64,000 nucleotides of DNA from Myxococcota bacterium (GTDB lineage: Bacteria > Myxococcota_A > UBA9042 > PHBI01 > JAWLBL01): contig JAWLBL010000017.1 of assembly GCA_041687695.1 (NCBI GenBank), positions 32,001 through 96,000 of the forward strand, read 5' to 3'. The position numbers and the translations under genes were made by a program. Positions 48,410 to 61,339 of the stretch are shown in pieces (within the stretch, counting starts at the first letter, position 1; the number at the start of each line of letters is the position of its first letter). The notes beneath the pieces are model-generated. The model was not told the origin of the DNA. It saw nothing but the letters and a program-made list of their open reading frames with translations, and searched no databases.

Positions 48410-49177
48410 TCAGCGTCCCAGGTACTTCACGCAGATCACGGTGACGTTGTCCTTGCCACCGTTGTCGCAAGCCGCCTTGATGAGGGCCTCGACCGCCTTG
48501 TCGAGGTCGTCCCGGTGACGGTCGACGAGCTCGAGGATCTGCGGGTCCGTGACCTCGCCGCTGAGGCCGTCCGAGCAGAGGACGAAGATGTCGTCGACCT
48601 CCGGCGCGTCGCGGCACACGTCGACCAGCACGGACTCCTTCATGCCGAGCGCCCGCACGATGATGTTCTTGTGCGGGAAGGCCGCCTCCTCCTCGGGGGT
48701 CATGGCCTGGATCTTCTTGTAGTCGTTGAGGAGGGAGTGGTCCTCGGTCATCGGGTCGAGCTTGCCCTTCCGATAGCGGTAGCAGCGGCTGTCCCCGACG
48801 TGGGCGATGACGATGTGCTCGTCGGTCCAGTGGCACCCGACGAACGTCGTCCCCATGCCCTTGTAGCGCATGTCCTCGAGCGCGGTCTCGAAGATGGTCC
48901 GGTTGGCGAGCTTGACGGCCGCCGAGATGCGGTTCTCGTCGTAGCCGAGCTCGCGGTCCATCTTGTAGGGCCACGTGATCTCGTCGTCGCCGTCGGTCTC
49001 GAGGAAGAAGTTCCGGAGCGTGTCGACGGCGATCTTGCTGGCCACCTCACCCGAGCTGTGCCCCCCCATGCCATCGGCGACCACGAAGAGGTTCTGCTCC
49101 GGGAAGAGCATGAGGTTGTCCTCGTTGTGGTCTCGCTTCATCCCGACGTGGGTGGCACCCGCGTACTGCAGCTTCAT
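48410..49177 (-). CDS. PP2C/Stp1-family Ser/Thr protein phosphatase
   Basis: THVGMKRDHNED, VADGMGGH, GMGTT, HVGDSRCY, LCSDGL, GGKDNVT. Confidence 0.95.
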   Translation of the reverse strand: MKLQYAGATHVGMKRDHNEDNLMLFPEQNLFVVADGMGGHSSGEVASKIAVDTLRNFFLETDGDDEITWPYKMDRELGYDENRISAAVKLANRTIFETALEDMRYKGMGTTFVGCHWTDEHIVIAHVGDSRCYRYRKGKLDPMTEDHSLLNDYKKIQAMTPEEEAAFPHKNIIVRALGMKESVLVDVCRDAPEVDDIFVLCSDGLSGEVTDPQILELVDRHRDDLDKAVEALIKAACDNGGKDNVTVICVKYLGR

Positions 49178-49383
49178 CGATGCCTCGATCTCCGGCCTGT
49201 CTCTGAGCCTCTCCGCGCCGAAGGATGGCACGGGAGGCGGCCGGCTGCAACTGGTGCCACGACGCCTGTCGGGCCGAGAGGGGAACGTCGCGGTTGTCGA
49301 TTCGGCGCGCGTGGTTATCCTCGCTCGCCCCGAGCCCGGCAGGCGTGGCCGGGGGACTGGCCGCGGCCGCGGTGGGAGGCGAC

Positions 49384-51950
<2,567 letters not shown>

Positions 51951-51954
<4 letters not shown>

Positions 51955-51980
51955 CACCCCGGACGAGCGACTCCTAACAT
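51951..51980 (+). promoter_or_regulatory. Putative sigma-70-type promoter for the Ser/Thr kinase
   Basis: TTGACA-N18-TAACAT overlapping the uvrA stop codon. Confidence 0.5.
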
Positions 51981-52037
51981 CGCGGCATCCCTCGGGGGGG
52001 CCCGGAGGGAGTCAGACTCAGACCGCGCGCCGAGCTC

Positions 52038-54161
52038 ATGACGCAGACTTTCGGCAAGTACCAGCTCGATCAGCTCATCGCGGTGGGCGGGATGGCCGAG
52101 GTCTTCCTCGCGCGCCAGTCTGGCCCGGCGGGCTTCCAGAAGCAGCTGGTCGTCAAGCGCATCCTCCCGCAGTTCGCGCAGGACGCGAAGTTCATCCAGA
52201 TGTTCCTCGACGAGGCCCGGCTCGCGGCGCAGCTGGCGCACCCGAACCTGGTCCAGATCTTCGAGCTCGGTGAGGAGCAGGGCGCCTACTACATCGCCAT
52301 GGAGTACATCGATGGCGAGACCGTGGCCGACATCATCGACCGCGCCAACGCCCTCGGCGTGCGCCTGCCCTACCACTTCGCGGCCCGCGTCATCGCGCAC
52401 GTCTGCGCCGGACTCGACTACGCGCACCACTTCACGACCAGCAGCGGCGAGCCGCTGAACCTGGTCCACCGCGACATCAGCCCGGACAACATCCTGGTGT
52501 CGTGGACGGGCGCGGTGAAGACCATCGACTTCGGGATCGCCAAGGCCCAGACCAACCGCACGAAGACCCAGTCGGGGGCCGTCAAGGGCAAGTTCTGCTA
52601 CATGTCGCCCGAGCAGGTCATGGGCAAGCCCCTCGACGGGCGCAGCGACCTCTTCAGCGTCGGCATCGTGCTCTACGAGCTGGTGACCGGCGTGAGGCCG
52701 TTCGGGGACGACGCCGGGCTGATGGCGGTCTCCGCCATCGTGAACGAGGACCCGCTGCCGATCCGAGAGCGCGCCCGCGACATCCCCGAGGCGCTCGAGG
52801 CCATCATCTTGAAGGCCCTCGCCAAGGATCCCGACCATCGCTACGCCCGCGCGCGCGACCTGCAGGGCGACCTCGAGACGTTCATCCAGTCGCACGCCAG
52901 GTTCGTCAACGACTCCGAGGTCGGCGAGTTGATGCAGGCGCTGCGCCGGGGCGAGGCGCGCGACGTGACGTTCGTCAAGCGCCTGCAGCGCGAGATCCAC
53001 ACCACCGTCGAGGACGGCGCCGGTGGGGCCCAGGAGTCCAGCGGCAGCTGGCGACTGCCGGGCCTCGCCCGTCGGGGATCCGAGCCCGATTCGCGGTCGC
53101 CACCCGTGGGCGCGAGCGCTCCCAGCGCCGCCTCGACCCAGCCGGCAGCCCTTGGCGGCTTCCGCAAGCGGTCACCGACGGGCCTGGACCCGAAGAAGCG
53201 GAACGCCATCCTCGCGGGCGCGGTCGGGGGGGCGTTGGCGCTCGTGCTGATCCTGGTGTTCACCTCTTCGAAGGACTCGCTCGAACCTCCGGCGGACAGC
53301 CGTCCGCCCGTCGACGCGGCGCTGCCCGAGCCGGTGGTCGCGACGCCGGCACCGCCTCGGCCCCAAGCCGCCACCGAGGACGAAGATGAAGCGCCCGAGG
53401 GACGCGACTACGACGAGCAGGTCGTCCCCACGGCGGCGCTGGGTTCGCTCGAGCCGGCGAGCGCCAGGTTCGGTGACCTGCGGTTGCCTCCCATCCAGGA
53501 TGGAACCGGCCCCGCGGCGGCCGCCAACGAGGCTCACGCCGGCTCGGCCACGGCGGACGTGACCGCCGGCGAGATCGAGGCCGACGCCTCGGCGTCCGAG
53601 TCGACGCCCGATACGCGGGCCAGCGCGCCCGATGACGCCGGTCCCGCTGCGGCCGAGGACACGAGCGGGCCGGTGGCCGAGCCCGACGGCGGCGCGAGCG
53701 GGCTCGAGGAGGACGACGACCAGCCGCGGTCCAACTTTGGAACCATCCGAGGCGAGGGCAAGCTCATCCTCGACAGCAACCTCCATGGCGCCGAGGTCTG
53801 GGCCAACGGTCGCAAGATCGGGACGACCCCGCTGCGGATGAACCTGTTCGACGGGACCTACGACCTCGAGGTGCGCGCGGGCGCGGCGCGTTGGGTCAAG
53901 GACGGTGTGCGCATCGAATACGGTGGCACCCGGACCTTCAACGCGCGCCTGTCGGCCGGACGTGTCGCGATCGAAGGCGTGCCGCTGGGCGTCCTGTGCA
54001 CCCTGGACGGAGTGCTGGTCGCCCGATCCCAGTTCGACGGGGTGTTCGTCGCCTCCGGCGACCACGAGGTCGTGTGCGACGACCCGGCGCGCGGCAAGCG
54101 CAGCGTCAAGGTGAGCGTGCGGGCGGGCGCCAGCGAGCGTGCGGTCATCGCCTGGGACTGA
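52038..54161 (+). CDS. Membrane Hanks-type Ser/Thr protein kinase with C-terminal PEGA-like domain(s)
   Basis: GGMAEVF, VVKRIL, HRDISPDN, DFG, GKFCYMSPEQ, DGRSDLFS; one TM; C-terminal GAEVWANGRKIGTTP. Confidence 0.93.
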   Translation: MTQTFGKYQLDQLIAVGGMAEVFLARQSGPAGFQKQLVVKRILPQFAQDAKFIQMFLDEARLAAQLAHPNLVQIFELGEEQGAYYIAMEYIDGETVADIIDRANALGVRLPYHFAARVIAHVCAGLDYAHHFTTSSGEPLNLVHRDISPDNILVSWTGAVKTIDFGIAKAQTNRTKTQSGAVKGKFCYMSPEQVMGKPLDGRSDLFSVGIVLYELVTGVRPFGDDAGLMAVSAIVNEDPLPIRERARDIPEALEAIILKALAKDPDHRYARARDLQGDLETFIQSHARFVNDSEVGELMQALRRGEARDVTFVKRLQREIHTTVEDGAGGAQESSGSWRLPGLARRGSEPDSRSPPVGASAPSAASTQPAALGGFRKRSPTGLDPKKRNAILAGAVGGALALVLILVFTSSKDSLEPPADSRPPVDAALPEPVVATPAPPRPQAATEDEDEAPEGRDYDEQVVPTAALGSLEPASARFGDLRLPPIQDGTGPAAAANEAHAGSATADVTAGEIEADASASESTPDTRASAPDDAGPAAAEDTSGPVAEPDGGASGLEEDDDQPRSNFGTIRGEGKLILDSNLHGAEVWANGRKIGTTPLRMNLFDGTYDLEVRAGAARWVKDGVRIEYGGTRTFNARLSAGRVAIEGVPLGVLCTLDGVLVARSQFDGVFVASGDHEVVCDDPARGKRSVKVSVRAGASERAVIAWD

Positions 54162-54221
54162 CGAGCCGTCGGTCACGGCAGGTCGGCGACACGATGATAG
54201 CCGGTGGGCGCTCGAAGCTCG

Positions 54222-55259
54222 CTATCGAGGCGTAGCGGGCGTCAGCCACTGGTCGAGCGCCTCGGGCACGCCTCCGAGGATGTCGGCCTCCAGCATGAGC
54301 TGCCGCCAGTCGGGCGGGTCGGCCTGCACCTCGAAGCGGACGTCGTGTGTCGATCGCCCCGGGGGGAGCCCCACCAGGCGACGTTCGAGCACGTAGCTAT
54401 GTGGGGCCAGCGAGAACGTGTCCACCACCTCGCCGTCGACCCAGGTGCGAACGGTGACGGGGCCGCCCGGCTCCGAGCGCACGGCCTTCTGGTTCAGGCC
54501 GACGCGGACCACGAGCGCAGCGCCGGTCGGAGCGCCGGGCCAGGACACGGACAACACCGCGTTGCCGGGGCCCGGGTGCGCGTACAACCAGGCCACCTCG
54601 CGGTGAAAGACGTTGCGGCTCTCGACGCGGGGGTCGAGCCAGGGATCCAGGCCGCAGCGATGGCGTCCGTCCTTCCAAGGGCACTTCACGGCACGGCCAT
54701 CGCTCAGGTGGCGCTCGACGACCAGCCGCGCCACGTCGTCGGTCAGTCGAGCGCGAGCGTCCAGACGCGGCAAGTCGTAGCGCGCCAGGGCCACCCCGTC
54801 TCCCAACTCGACGTGCTCGGCCGGCGTCATTCCGGCGAGGCCCTGCATCGACAGCACGGGCGGCGCATGGAAGGCGCTCAGGACCCAGACGCGATCGAAC
54901 CGAAGTAGCTCGAGCGGGTCGAGCACGTCGCCCCGCTGCAGGGCCGGGAACGGCCAGCGCCCCAGGCCCTCGCCCAGCCCGGCCAGATCCTGCCACACGG
55001 ACTCGTACCAGTTCGGCAGCACCACGATGGCATCGCCGGCCTCGAAGCCAGCGCGGATCTGCTCGACCGCGACCGCGAGGGGCTCGGCGGCGGGCACGCG
55101 CGCCTCGTGACGTCCATCGACGACGAGCGCGGCGATCGAGAGCGCGGCGGCCACGAGGAGGACGACGACCCCTCGCAACGGCCGAGCGTCACGCGAGGCG
55201 GCCGCTGGAGGCTTGGGCGTCGAGGCGATGTGGGGGCTCGAGGGCTCGGCGATGGCCAT
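54222..55259 (-). CDS. Hypothetical membrane-anchored extracytoplasmic protein
   Basis: N-terminal TM (VVVLLVAAALSIAALVV); co-directional with and 51 bp downstream of the CHAT gene. Confidence 0.6.
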   Translation of the reverse strand: MAIAEPSSPHIASTPKPPAAASRDARPLRGVVVLLVAAALSIAALVVDGRHEARVPAAEPLAVAVEQIRAGFEAGDAIVVLPNWYESVWQDLAGLGEGLGRWPFPALQRGDVLDPLELLRFDRVWVLSAFHAPPVLSMQGLAGMTPAEHVELGDGVALARYDLPRLDARARLTDDVARLVVERHLSDGRAVKCPWKDGRHRCGLDPWLDPRVESRNVFHREVAWLYAHPGPGNAVLSVSWPGAPTGAALVVRVGLNQKAVRSEPGGPVTVRTWVDGEVVDTFSLAPHSYVLERRLVGLPPGRSTHDVRFEVQADPPDWRQLMLEADILGGVPEALDQWLTPATPR

Positions 55260-55310
55260 GGCGGCCGTGTACCCCAAAGCGAAGCCTGCGTCACCAAAGG
55301 GAACACGCGC

Positions 55311-57119
55311 TCACCACGAGACGACGACGACCCTGACGCGCTCGCTCTGCGACGCGAGGCGCCCTACCGCGGCGTCGAGGGACGCGCCCGAGCCGGTCTC
55401 GGTCAGGAGCGCCGCGAGCTCCCGCTCGCGAGCGATCGGCTGGGCCATCCCTTCTACATCCCCCGTGGTCAGGACGAAGGCGACGCGATCGGGACGCGCT
55501 GCGGGCGCCCAGCTGCCCCGGCCGGAGGGCCAGTGCTGCGGGTCCGTGGGGGGACGCAGCAGCGTGCCGTGAGGCGCTGGATACAGGCGCGCGACGGTGC
55601 CGCTCGACTCGAGCCGCCAGAGCGCCACGCTCGGCTCACCCGCGACGTCCAACGTGACGCGGATGCGCGCGTCTGGAGCCAGGGCGGCGCCGGACGCCAC
55701 GGGGCGGGCCTCGGGCGTGCCGTCGAGCGCGACGACGTCCAGGTCCGGGCCCCTGGTCGGCTGGATCAGGGTCGGTGTCGCGCCAGGTGGCCACCAGCGA
55801 TGCGTGACGAAGGCGGCCGTGGCGGCCAGGACGACGAGCGCGACCGCAAACGACGCGCGGCTCGCCAACGACGGACGCCGGGGCATCTGCGTCACGCCCG
55901 AGCGTGTCTCGGCGGAGTGCTTCCGGAGCCTGAGCAGGGCCGGGCGGGGCGGCTCCGGGGTGCTCACGGGAGCCCTTGGGAGCGGCCGCGCTCGCGTCTG
56001 GGGGGCGCCGAGGCCGGTTGCGTCCGACGGCGTCGCGGGGCGAACCCCCTCGGCGGGATCGCCGTACAACACATAGGAGGCCCAGAACACGCTTCCCGGG
56101 CCATAGCGTTCGAGCAACGCCCGCCGCGCCGCTCGGAGCGCGACGCCGACCGGAGCGCCGGCGAACGCGGCGCGGTGGAACGCCAGGGCGAGGTGACAAG
56201 CTGGCTCGTCGGGCACGTCCCAGCGCGGGCCGACGAAGTGACGGGCGCCGCAGGCGAGGAAGGTCGCGGCGAAGGACGACTCGGCGTCGGGGCCGCTCGG
56301 GGGGCTGTCGTCGGAGGGGGCCGCCGAGCGGCAGGCGTTCGAGAAGACGAGCCGAGGCCACCGTGCGCCGTCGGAGAGGCGGAGGAGATCCGATCGCGTC
56401 AACGCGCCGTCCTCGAGCAGCCAAGCTCCGGTCTCAGGGGAGCCGGCCAACCGCTTGCCGTGTCCGGCGTAGTGGATGACGTCGTAGTCGCGCCACAGCC
56501 GCTTGAGGTCGGTCAGACGGACCTCGGTCCCGAGGAGGTCCATCTGGACGTCCCGGGTGCCGGCGCCGAGCTCGTCACGCAGAAGCAGTCCCTCGTAGTA
56601 GGCGCCCATCAGATCGCCAAGGGGATCGCAGACCACGAGCATGCGTAGGCGCGGGGGCGCGGCGCGCGGGCCCGCCGCGAGCGGGGTGGCGGAGGGCGAG
56701 ATGCGCCCAACGGCGTGCCGCAGCGCGAGGAAGCTCCGCCCGTCGTGGAGCAGCTCCCAGGGAAGCGCGGCGAGGGCGGCGTCGAGCTCGAGCGAAAGGA
56801 TCCCGTCTGGGCTTGCACGCAACGCGGCCACGATCGAGGCGGGGAGCAGCTCGCCATACAGCAGCTCGCCGAACGGCCGGAGCGCTTCGAAGCTGCCGCG
56901 GTCGTCGTCGCCGAACCGGGTGGCCCCCGAGAGGATCGCGGCCATCTGCGTCGTGACCTCCACCGCCAGCTCGGGACGCCACGCGAGCGTTCCAGCGCCC
57001 AGCGTCCGTGCGGCTCCAAGGCGCCCGGAGGTCAGGGTCGCCTCGAGCAGGCCGTCGACGACCCTGGCTCGCAGGCGCAGCTCGGGGCCGGACCCCATCG
57101 TCGCGCCGGCGGCCGTCAC
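55311..57119 (-). CDS. CHAT (caspase-like clan CD) protease with one TM helix and a C-terminal DUF4384-like extracytoplasmic domain
   Basis: LPWELLHDG, DVIHYAGHG (His), LVFSNACRS (Cys), FLACGARHFVGPRWDV.D, WASYVLYGDP; TM ASFAVALVVLAATAAFV; C-terminal ESSGTVARLYP. Confidence 0.88.
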   Translation of the reverse strand: MTAAGATMGSGPELRLRARVVDGLLEATLTSGRLGAARTLGAGTLAWRPELAVEVTTQMAAILSGATRFGDDDRGSFEALRPFGELLYGELLPASIVAALRASPDGILSLELDAALAALPWELLHDGRSFLALRHAVGRISPSATPLAAGPRAAPPRLRMLVVCDPLGDLMGAYYEGLLLRDELGAGTRDVQMDLLGTEVRLTDLKRLWRDYDVIHYAGHGKRLAGSPETGAWLLEDGALTRSDLLRLSDGARWPRLVFSNACRSAAPSDDSPPSGPDAESSFAATFLACGARHFVGPRWDVPDEPACHLALAFHRAAFAGAPVGVALRAARRALLERYGPGSVFWASYVLYGDPAEGVRPATPSDATGLGAPQTRARPLPRAPVSTPEPPRPALLRLRKHSAETRSGVTQMPRRPSLASRASFAVALVVLAATAAFVTHRWWPPGATPTLIQPTRGPDLDVVALDGTPEARPVASGAALAPDARIRVTLDVAGEPSVALWRLESSGTVARLYPAPHGTLLRPPTDPQHWPSGRGSWAPAARPDRVAFVLTTGDVEGMAQPIARERELAALLTETGSGASLDAAVGRLASQSERVRVVVVSW

Positions 57120-57799
57120 GCCACGAACTCCGAACCCCTCAGCTCCAGCTCGACCACACCGACATCGCTGCCGCTGCGGGCCAGGACCAAACGGTAGGCG
57201 CCTGGACGAAGCGCGCCAAACGTGACCCGTCCCAGGCGGGTGGACAGGCTGGCCAACGCTCGCTCGTCACGGGTCAGGGTGACCTGGACGTCCTCGGTCG
57301 GCCTCCCATCCTGCCCATCATGGCTGACGTCCAGCAGGACGGCGAAGCGACCGGCGGCCGCCGATGACACCTGCGTGCGCACACGGAGCCCACGGCTGCG
57401 CGCCTCCGCCACCAGATCGTGCGCTTCCGTCGCGCGGGTCGGCACGGCCGCGACGGGCTCGCCCATGATCTCGACGGGCACGATCGCGCCCCCGAGCGCA
57501 CGTGCGACGATCCTCAGCAGGACCGCCGTCTGCAGCCGGCGCCGACTCAGGCGCTCGATCGCGGAGGCGATCCGGCCCTGAGGCACCGCCCTGGGCCCGG
57601 CCTCGTGGGCGACCGAGAGGAGCTCGTGGCAGCGCGTGCAACCCTCGACATGGGCGGCCAGGGCCCACGGTTCGCAGTTCGAACCCGCGAACGCCGCCAG
57701 GTCGGGACAAGGGCCTGCGCCGGCGCGCCCGAGCGCGCTCAGCTCCTGGAGGAGCGCCTCGAAACCATGCGGCCTTCGGGCGTCTTCGGATCGGTCCAC
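57116..57799 (-). CDS. Putative soluble zinc-binding anti-sigma factor (zf-HC2/ZAS motif + C-terminal beta-sandwich)
   Basis: CPDLAAF...AHVEGCTRC (HxxxCxxC); C-terminal GRVTFGALRPGAYRL resembles a carboxypeptidase-regulatory-like fold; GAGGAGG RBS before GTG 57799; GTGA overlap with the CHAT gene. Confidence 0.7.
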   Translation of the reverse strand: MDRSEDARRPHGFEALLQELSALGRAGAGPCPDLAAFAGSNCEPWALAAHVEGCTRCHELLSVAHEAGPRAVPQGRIASAIERLSRRRLQTAVLLRIVARALGGAIVPVEIMGEPVAAVPTRATEAHDLVAEARSRGLRVRTQVSSAAAGRFAVLLDVSHDGQDGRPTEDVQVTLTRDERALASLSTRLGRVTFGALRPGAYRLVLARSGSDVGVVELELRGSEFVA

Positions 57800-57857
57800 G
57801 AGCCACCTCCTCTTCGACGGACACCATAGACGTTCGTGTCGTCGCCTCCTCACACCG

Positions 57858-58475
57858 TCAGCCAGCGCCGCCCCTCAGCATCCGCGCGAGCGCCTCGCGA
57901 AGCCGCTGCAGAGCGCGCGTCTTGCGCGTGTAGAGCGTGCCCGTTCGCACGCCGAGCTCGCGCGCCAGGCGCTCGGGAGGGACCTCGTCGACCACCAGCC
58001 GCAGCAGGAGCTCGCGATCCGAGTCGGACAGCGTCTGCAGCGCACGCCTGAGCTCCTCGAGGCGTCCCGCCCTGACCAGGAGGTCGAGCGCCGAGGGCGT
58101 ATCGTGGGGGACGGCGTCGAGCGCCTCGGGGCTGCTGACCCGGGCGCGCGCGGCATCCAGACGATGACGCCGCAGCTGATCCACCACCACGGAGGCCGCG
58201 ACCAGGCGCACCCAACTGGCGAGCGAGCAGCGCCCGCTCCATTGCCGCAGCCGGCGTTGGTCGCGGTCGAAGAGGGCGACGAACACGCTGTCGAACAGCT
58301 CCTCGACCCGGTCGGTGTCCGCCCGCACCTGGGCGCGGCGCAGCGCCGCGTAGATGACCCCATAGACCAGCCGACCGAAGCGTTCGACCAGCTCCTCCCA
58401 AGCGCCGGGTGTCCGCGACAGACACCCGGCGACCAGCTCCACGTCCGCGCTCGCACGCTCGATGGGTAGGTTCAT
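57858..58475 (-). CDS. ECF RNA polymerase sigma factor
   Basis: AWEELVERFGRLVY (region 2), SLASWVRLVA, ALQTLSDSDRELL...ERLARELGVRTGTLYTRKTRALQRLR (region 4). Confidence 0.88.
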   Translation of the reverse strand: MNLPIERASADVELVAGCLSRTPGAWEELVERFGRLVYGVIYAALRRAQVRADTDRVEELFDSVFVALFDRDQRRLRQWSGRCSLASWVRLVAASVVVDQLRRHRLDAARARVSSPEALDAVPHDTPSALDLLVRAGRLEELRRALQTLSDSDRELLLRLVVDEVPPERLARELGVRTGTLYTRKTRALQRLREALARMLRGGAG

Positions 58476-58485
58476 GGCTCGCTGA

Positions 58486-58510
58486 GACGTCGCGCGTCGA
58501 AAAAAGTTCC
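58486..58510 (-). promoter_or_regulatory. ECF-type promoter GGAAC-N16-CGTC upstream of the ECF sigma gene
   Basis: Minus strand GGAAC TTTTTTCGACGCGCGA CGTC, ending 10 nt before the ATG. Confidence 0.65.
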
Positions 58511-58565
58511 GAGCCGTTGTAAAAGGGCCGCGCCCCACCGCGAGGCGACCAAGTACGGAGGTGAC

Positions 58566-59024
58566 ATGCGACGGACTATCTGGCGAGTTCTGGCCCCCGT
58601 GGCCGTGCTGCTGGCCGCGGCCTGCGGGCCGGGCATGGACGAGCGGTCGGGCGGCGACGCCACCCGCGGCGAGGCCGCGCAGGTGGCGCTCGACACGCCC
58701 TTCGACGACCGGGTGAGCGCGCCGCAGGGCGATCACACCGACTGGAAGACCTTCTCCGTCGATGGCCCGACGCGCGCCGAGGTCCACGTGTGGTGGGACG
58801 ACCCCGGCCTCGCGGCCACGGTGACGGTACGAGACCAGTTCTCGGCCGCGCTGGGATCCCTCAAGCACAGGCCGGGCGAGCGCGTCGAACGGCTCGGTCC
58901 GCTCGAGCTCGAGCCCGGCAACTACTTCATCGAGGTTCAGGCGAGCGAGGGAGCGAGCGTCTACACGATGGAGATTCGCACCTCGGCTGGCCGTTCGAAG
59001 GCGCCCTTGCGGCCCGACTTCTGA
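58566..59024 (+). CDS. Small lipoprotein with PPC-like beta domain
   Basis: GGAGG RBS; lipobox LAAAC; GDHTDWKTF and LEPGNYFIEV. Confidence 0.7.
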   Translation: MRRTIWRVLAPVAVLLAAACGPGMDERSGGDATRGEAAQVALDTPFDDRVSAPQGDHTDWKTFSVDGPTRAEVHVWWDDPGLAATVTVRDQFSAALGSLKHRPGERVERLGPLELEPGNYFIEVQASEGASVYTMEIRTSAGRSKAPLRPDF

Positions 59025-59234
59025 GCGGGGAGGGTGACCGGTGCGGCCGTCGGTGCGAAGTGAGGTCAGTCGGCCCCACCTGGGGTCCGATGTCACCGGG
59101 TCGAAGCTCCCCCGGCACGTCGCTCCTGGCCCCCCGTGCCTCCGGTCCGCGGCTCCGAGGGGCGGGCGAAAAAAACTTGGCCGGGGCGGCGCCGATGGGC
59201 TCGTTTTCCTTTGAAAACAGCGTCTTGGGTCGGA

Positions 59235-59264
59235 TTGACACTGGAAAAAGGGCTGTGCTACGGT
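59235..59264 (+). promoter_or_regulatory. Putative sigma-70-type promoter of the eCIS operon
   Basis: TTGACA-N18-TACGGT with TG extended -10, preceded by A/T tracts. Confidence 0.5.
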
Positions 59265-59340
59265 CTGCGCGTCCAGCCGGGCCGGCGAGAGGGCTTCGCC
59301 CCGAAGCGTCGCGTCGGTCCGAGCGCAGGTCGGGTCCCTG

Positions 59341-59934
59341 ATGAGTCAGTTCGAAGTCATCAAAGACATCGGCGATACGGTGAAGGCGCTGCTCGAAGAC
59401 GCATTCAAGAGCGCCGGGTTCACGACCGTGAACATCTCCGTGGACAAGCCGAAGAAGGACAACATCAAGAACCTGCCCACGGTGAACTGCTACATGTACC
59501 ACCTGGCGTTCGACTCGCGGTATCGCGAGCGGACCCAGTCGCTCGTGTCGTCCTATACGAAGGACGGGCGGATCGTGGAGTACTACCGCGACGCCCCGGT
59601 CCACATGCTCGCGCACTACATCCTCAGCGTCTGGGGCAACTCCCCGGCCGAGGAGAACCTGCTGACGGGCCTCGCGGTCAAGACGCTGCTGGAGTATCCC
59701 GTCTTGACGGGTGAGCAGCTCCGCGGCGAGAGCTTCTTTCCGGACGACAAGCTCAACGTCTATCCGAACCTTCAGTCCGACTTCAATGATGTGCTGAGCT
59801 TCTGGCGCAGCATGAACGAGGAGCTACGGCCCGCGGTCTTCTATTTCGTCCGGTTCCGTATCGAGTCCGATCGGAAGTCACCGGAGGTTAGGCGAGTCAC
59901 TGGCAAGGATCTTGCAGTTACCCGCAGCCGGTAG
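59341..59934 (+). CDS. eCIS Pvc16/Afp16-like (DUF4255) cap/terminator protein
   Basis: VNCYMYHL, HYILSVW, EENLL.GLA..TLLEYPVL, FWRSM...RPAVFY; first gene before the sheath. Confidence 0.75.
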   Translation: MSQFEVIKDIGDTVKALLEDAFKSAGFTTVNISVDKPKKDNIKNLPTVNCYMYHLAFDSRYRERTQSLVSSYTKDGRIVEYYRDAPVHMLAHYILSVWGNSPAEENLLTGLAVKTLLEYPVLTGEQLRGESFFPDDKLNVYPNLQSDFNDVLSFWRSMNEELRPAVFYFVRFRIESDRKSPEVRRVTGKDLAVTRSR

Positions 59935-60094
59935 CTACGGCCACCGGTTGGGGGTTCGGGGTGGGCCTCCCGTTGAACGACAGGATCTCAGTCATGCCGC
60001 GGATGCGGGCCAGCGACTAAATCGGGAATCGGTAAGCCCCTTCGGGGCGACACGGGTGGGAACCCCTTAGATCCTTGAGGAGGAGCATTCAACC

Positions 60095-61255
<1,161 letters not shown>

Positions 61256-61275
61256 TTTTCTTGATACCAGCCGGA

Positions 61276-61301
61276 GGGGCCCCGGAAGGGTCCGGGGCCC
61301 C
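61276..61301 (+). promoter_or_regulatory. 11-bp GC hairpin between sheath and tube genes (no U-tract)
   Basis: GGGGCCCCGGA-AGGG-TCCGGGGCCCC. Confidence 0.55.
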
Positions 61302-61339
61302 GAACGCTGGAGTAACTTTGAGAGACTGAGGAGGATACG

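Noticed and set aside
55311..58475. Type III-E CRISPR (Craspase) accessory module
   Set aside because: No gRAMP/Cas7-11 gene, no array, and no TPR region on the CHAT protein
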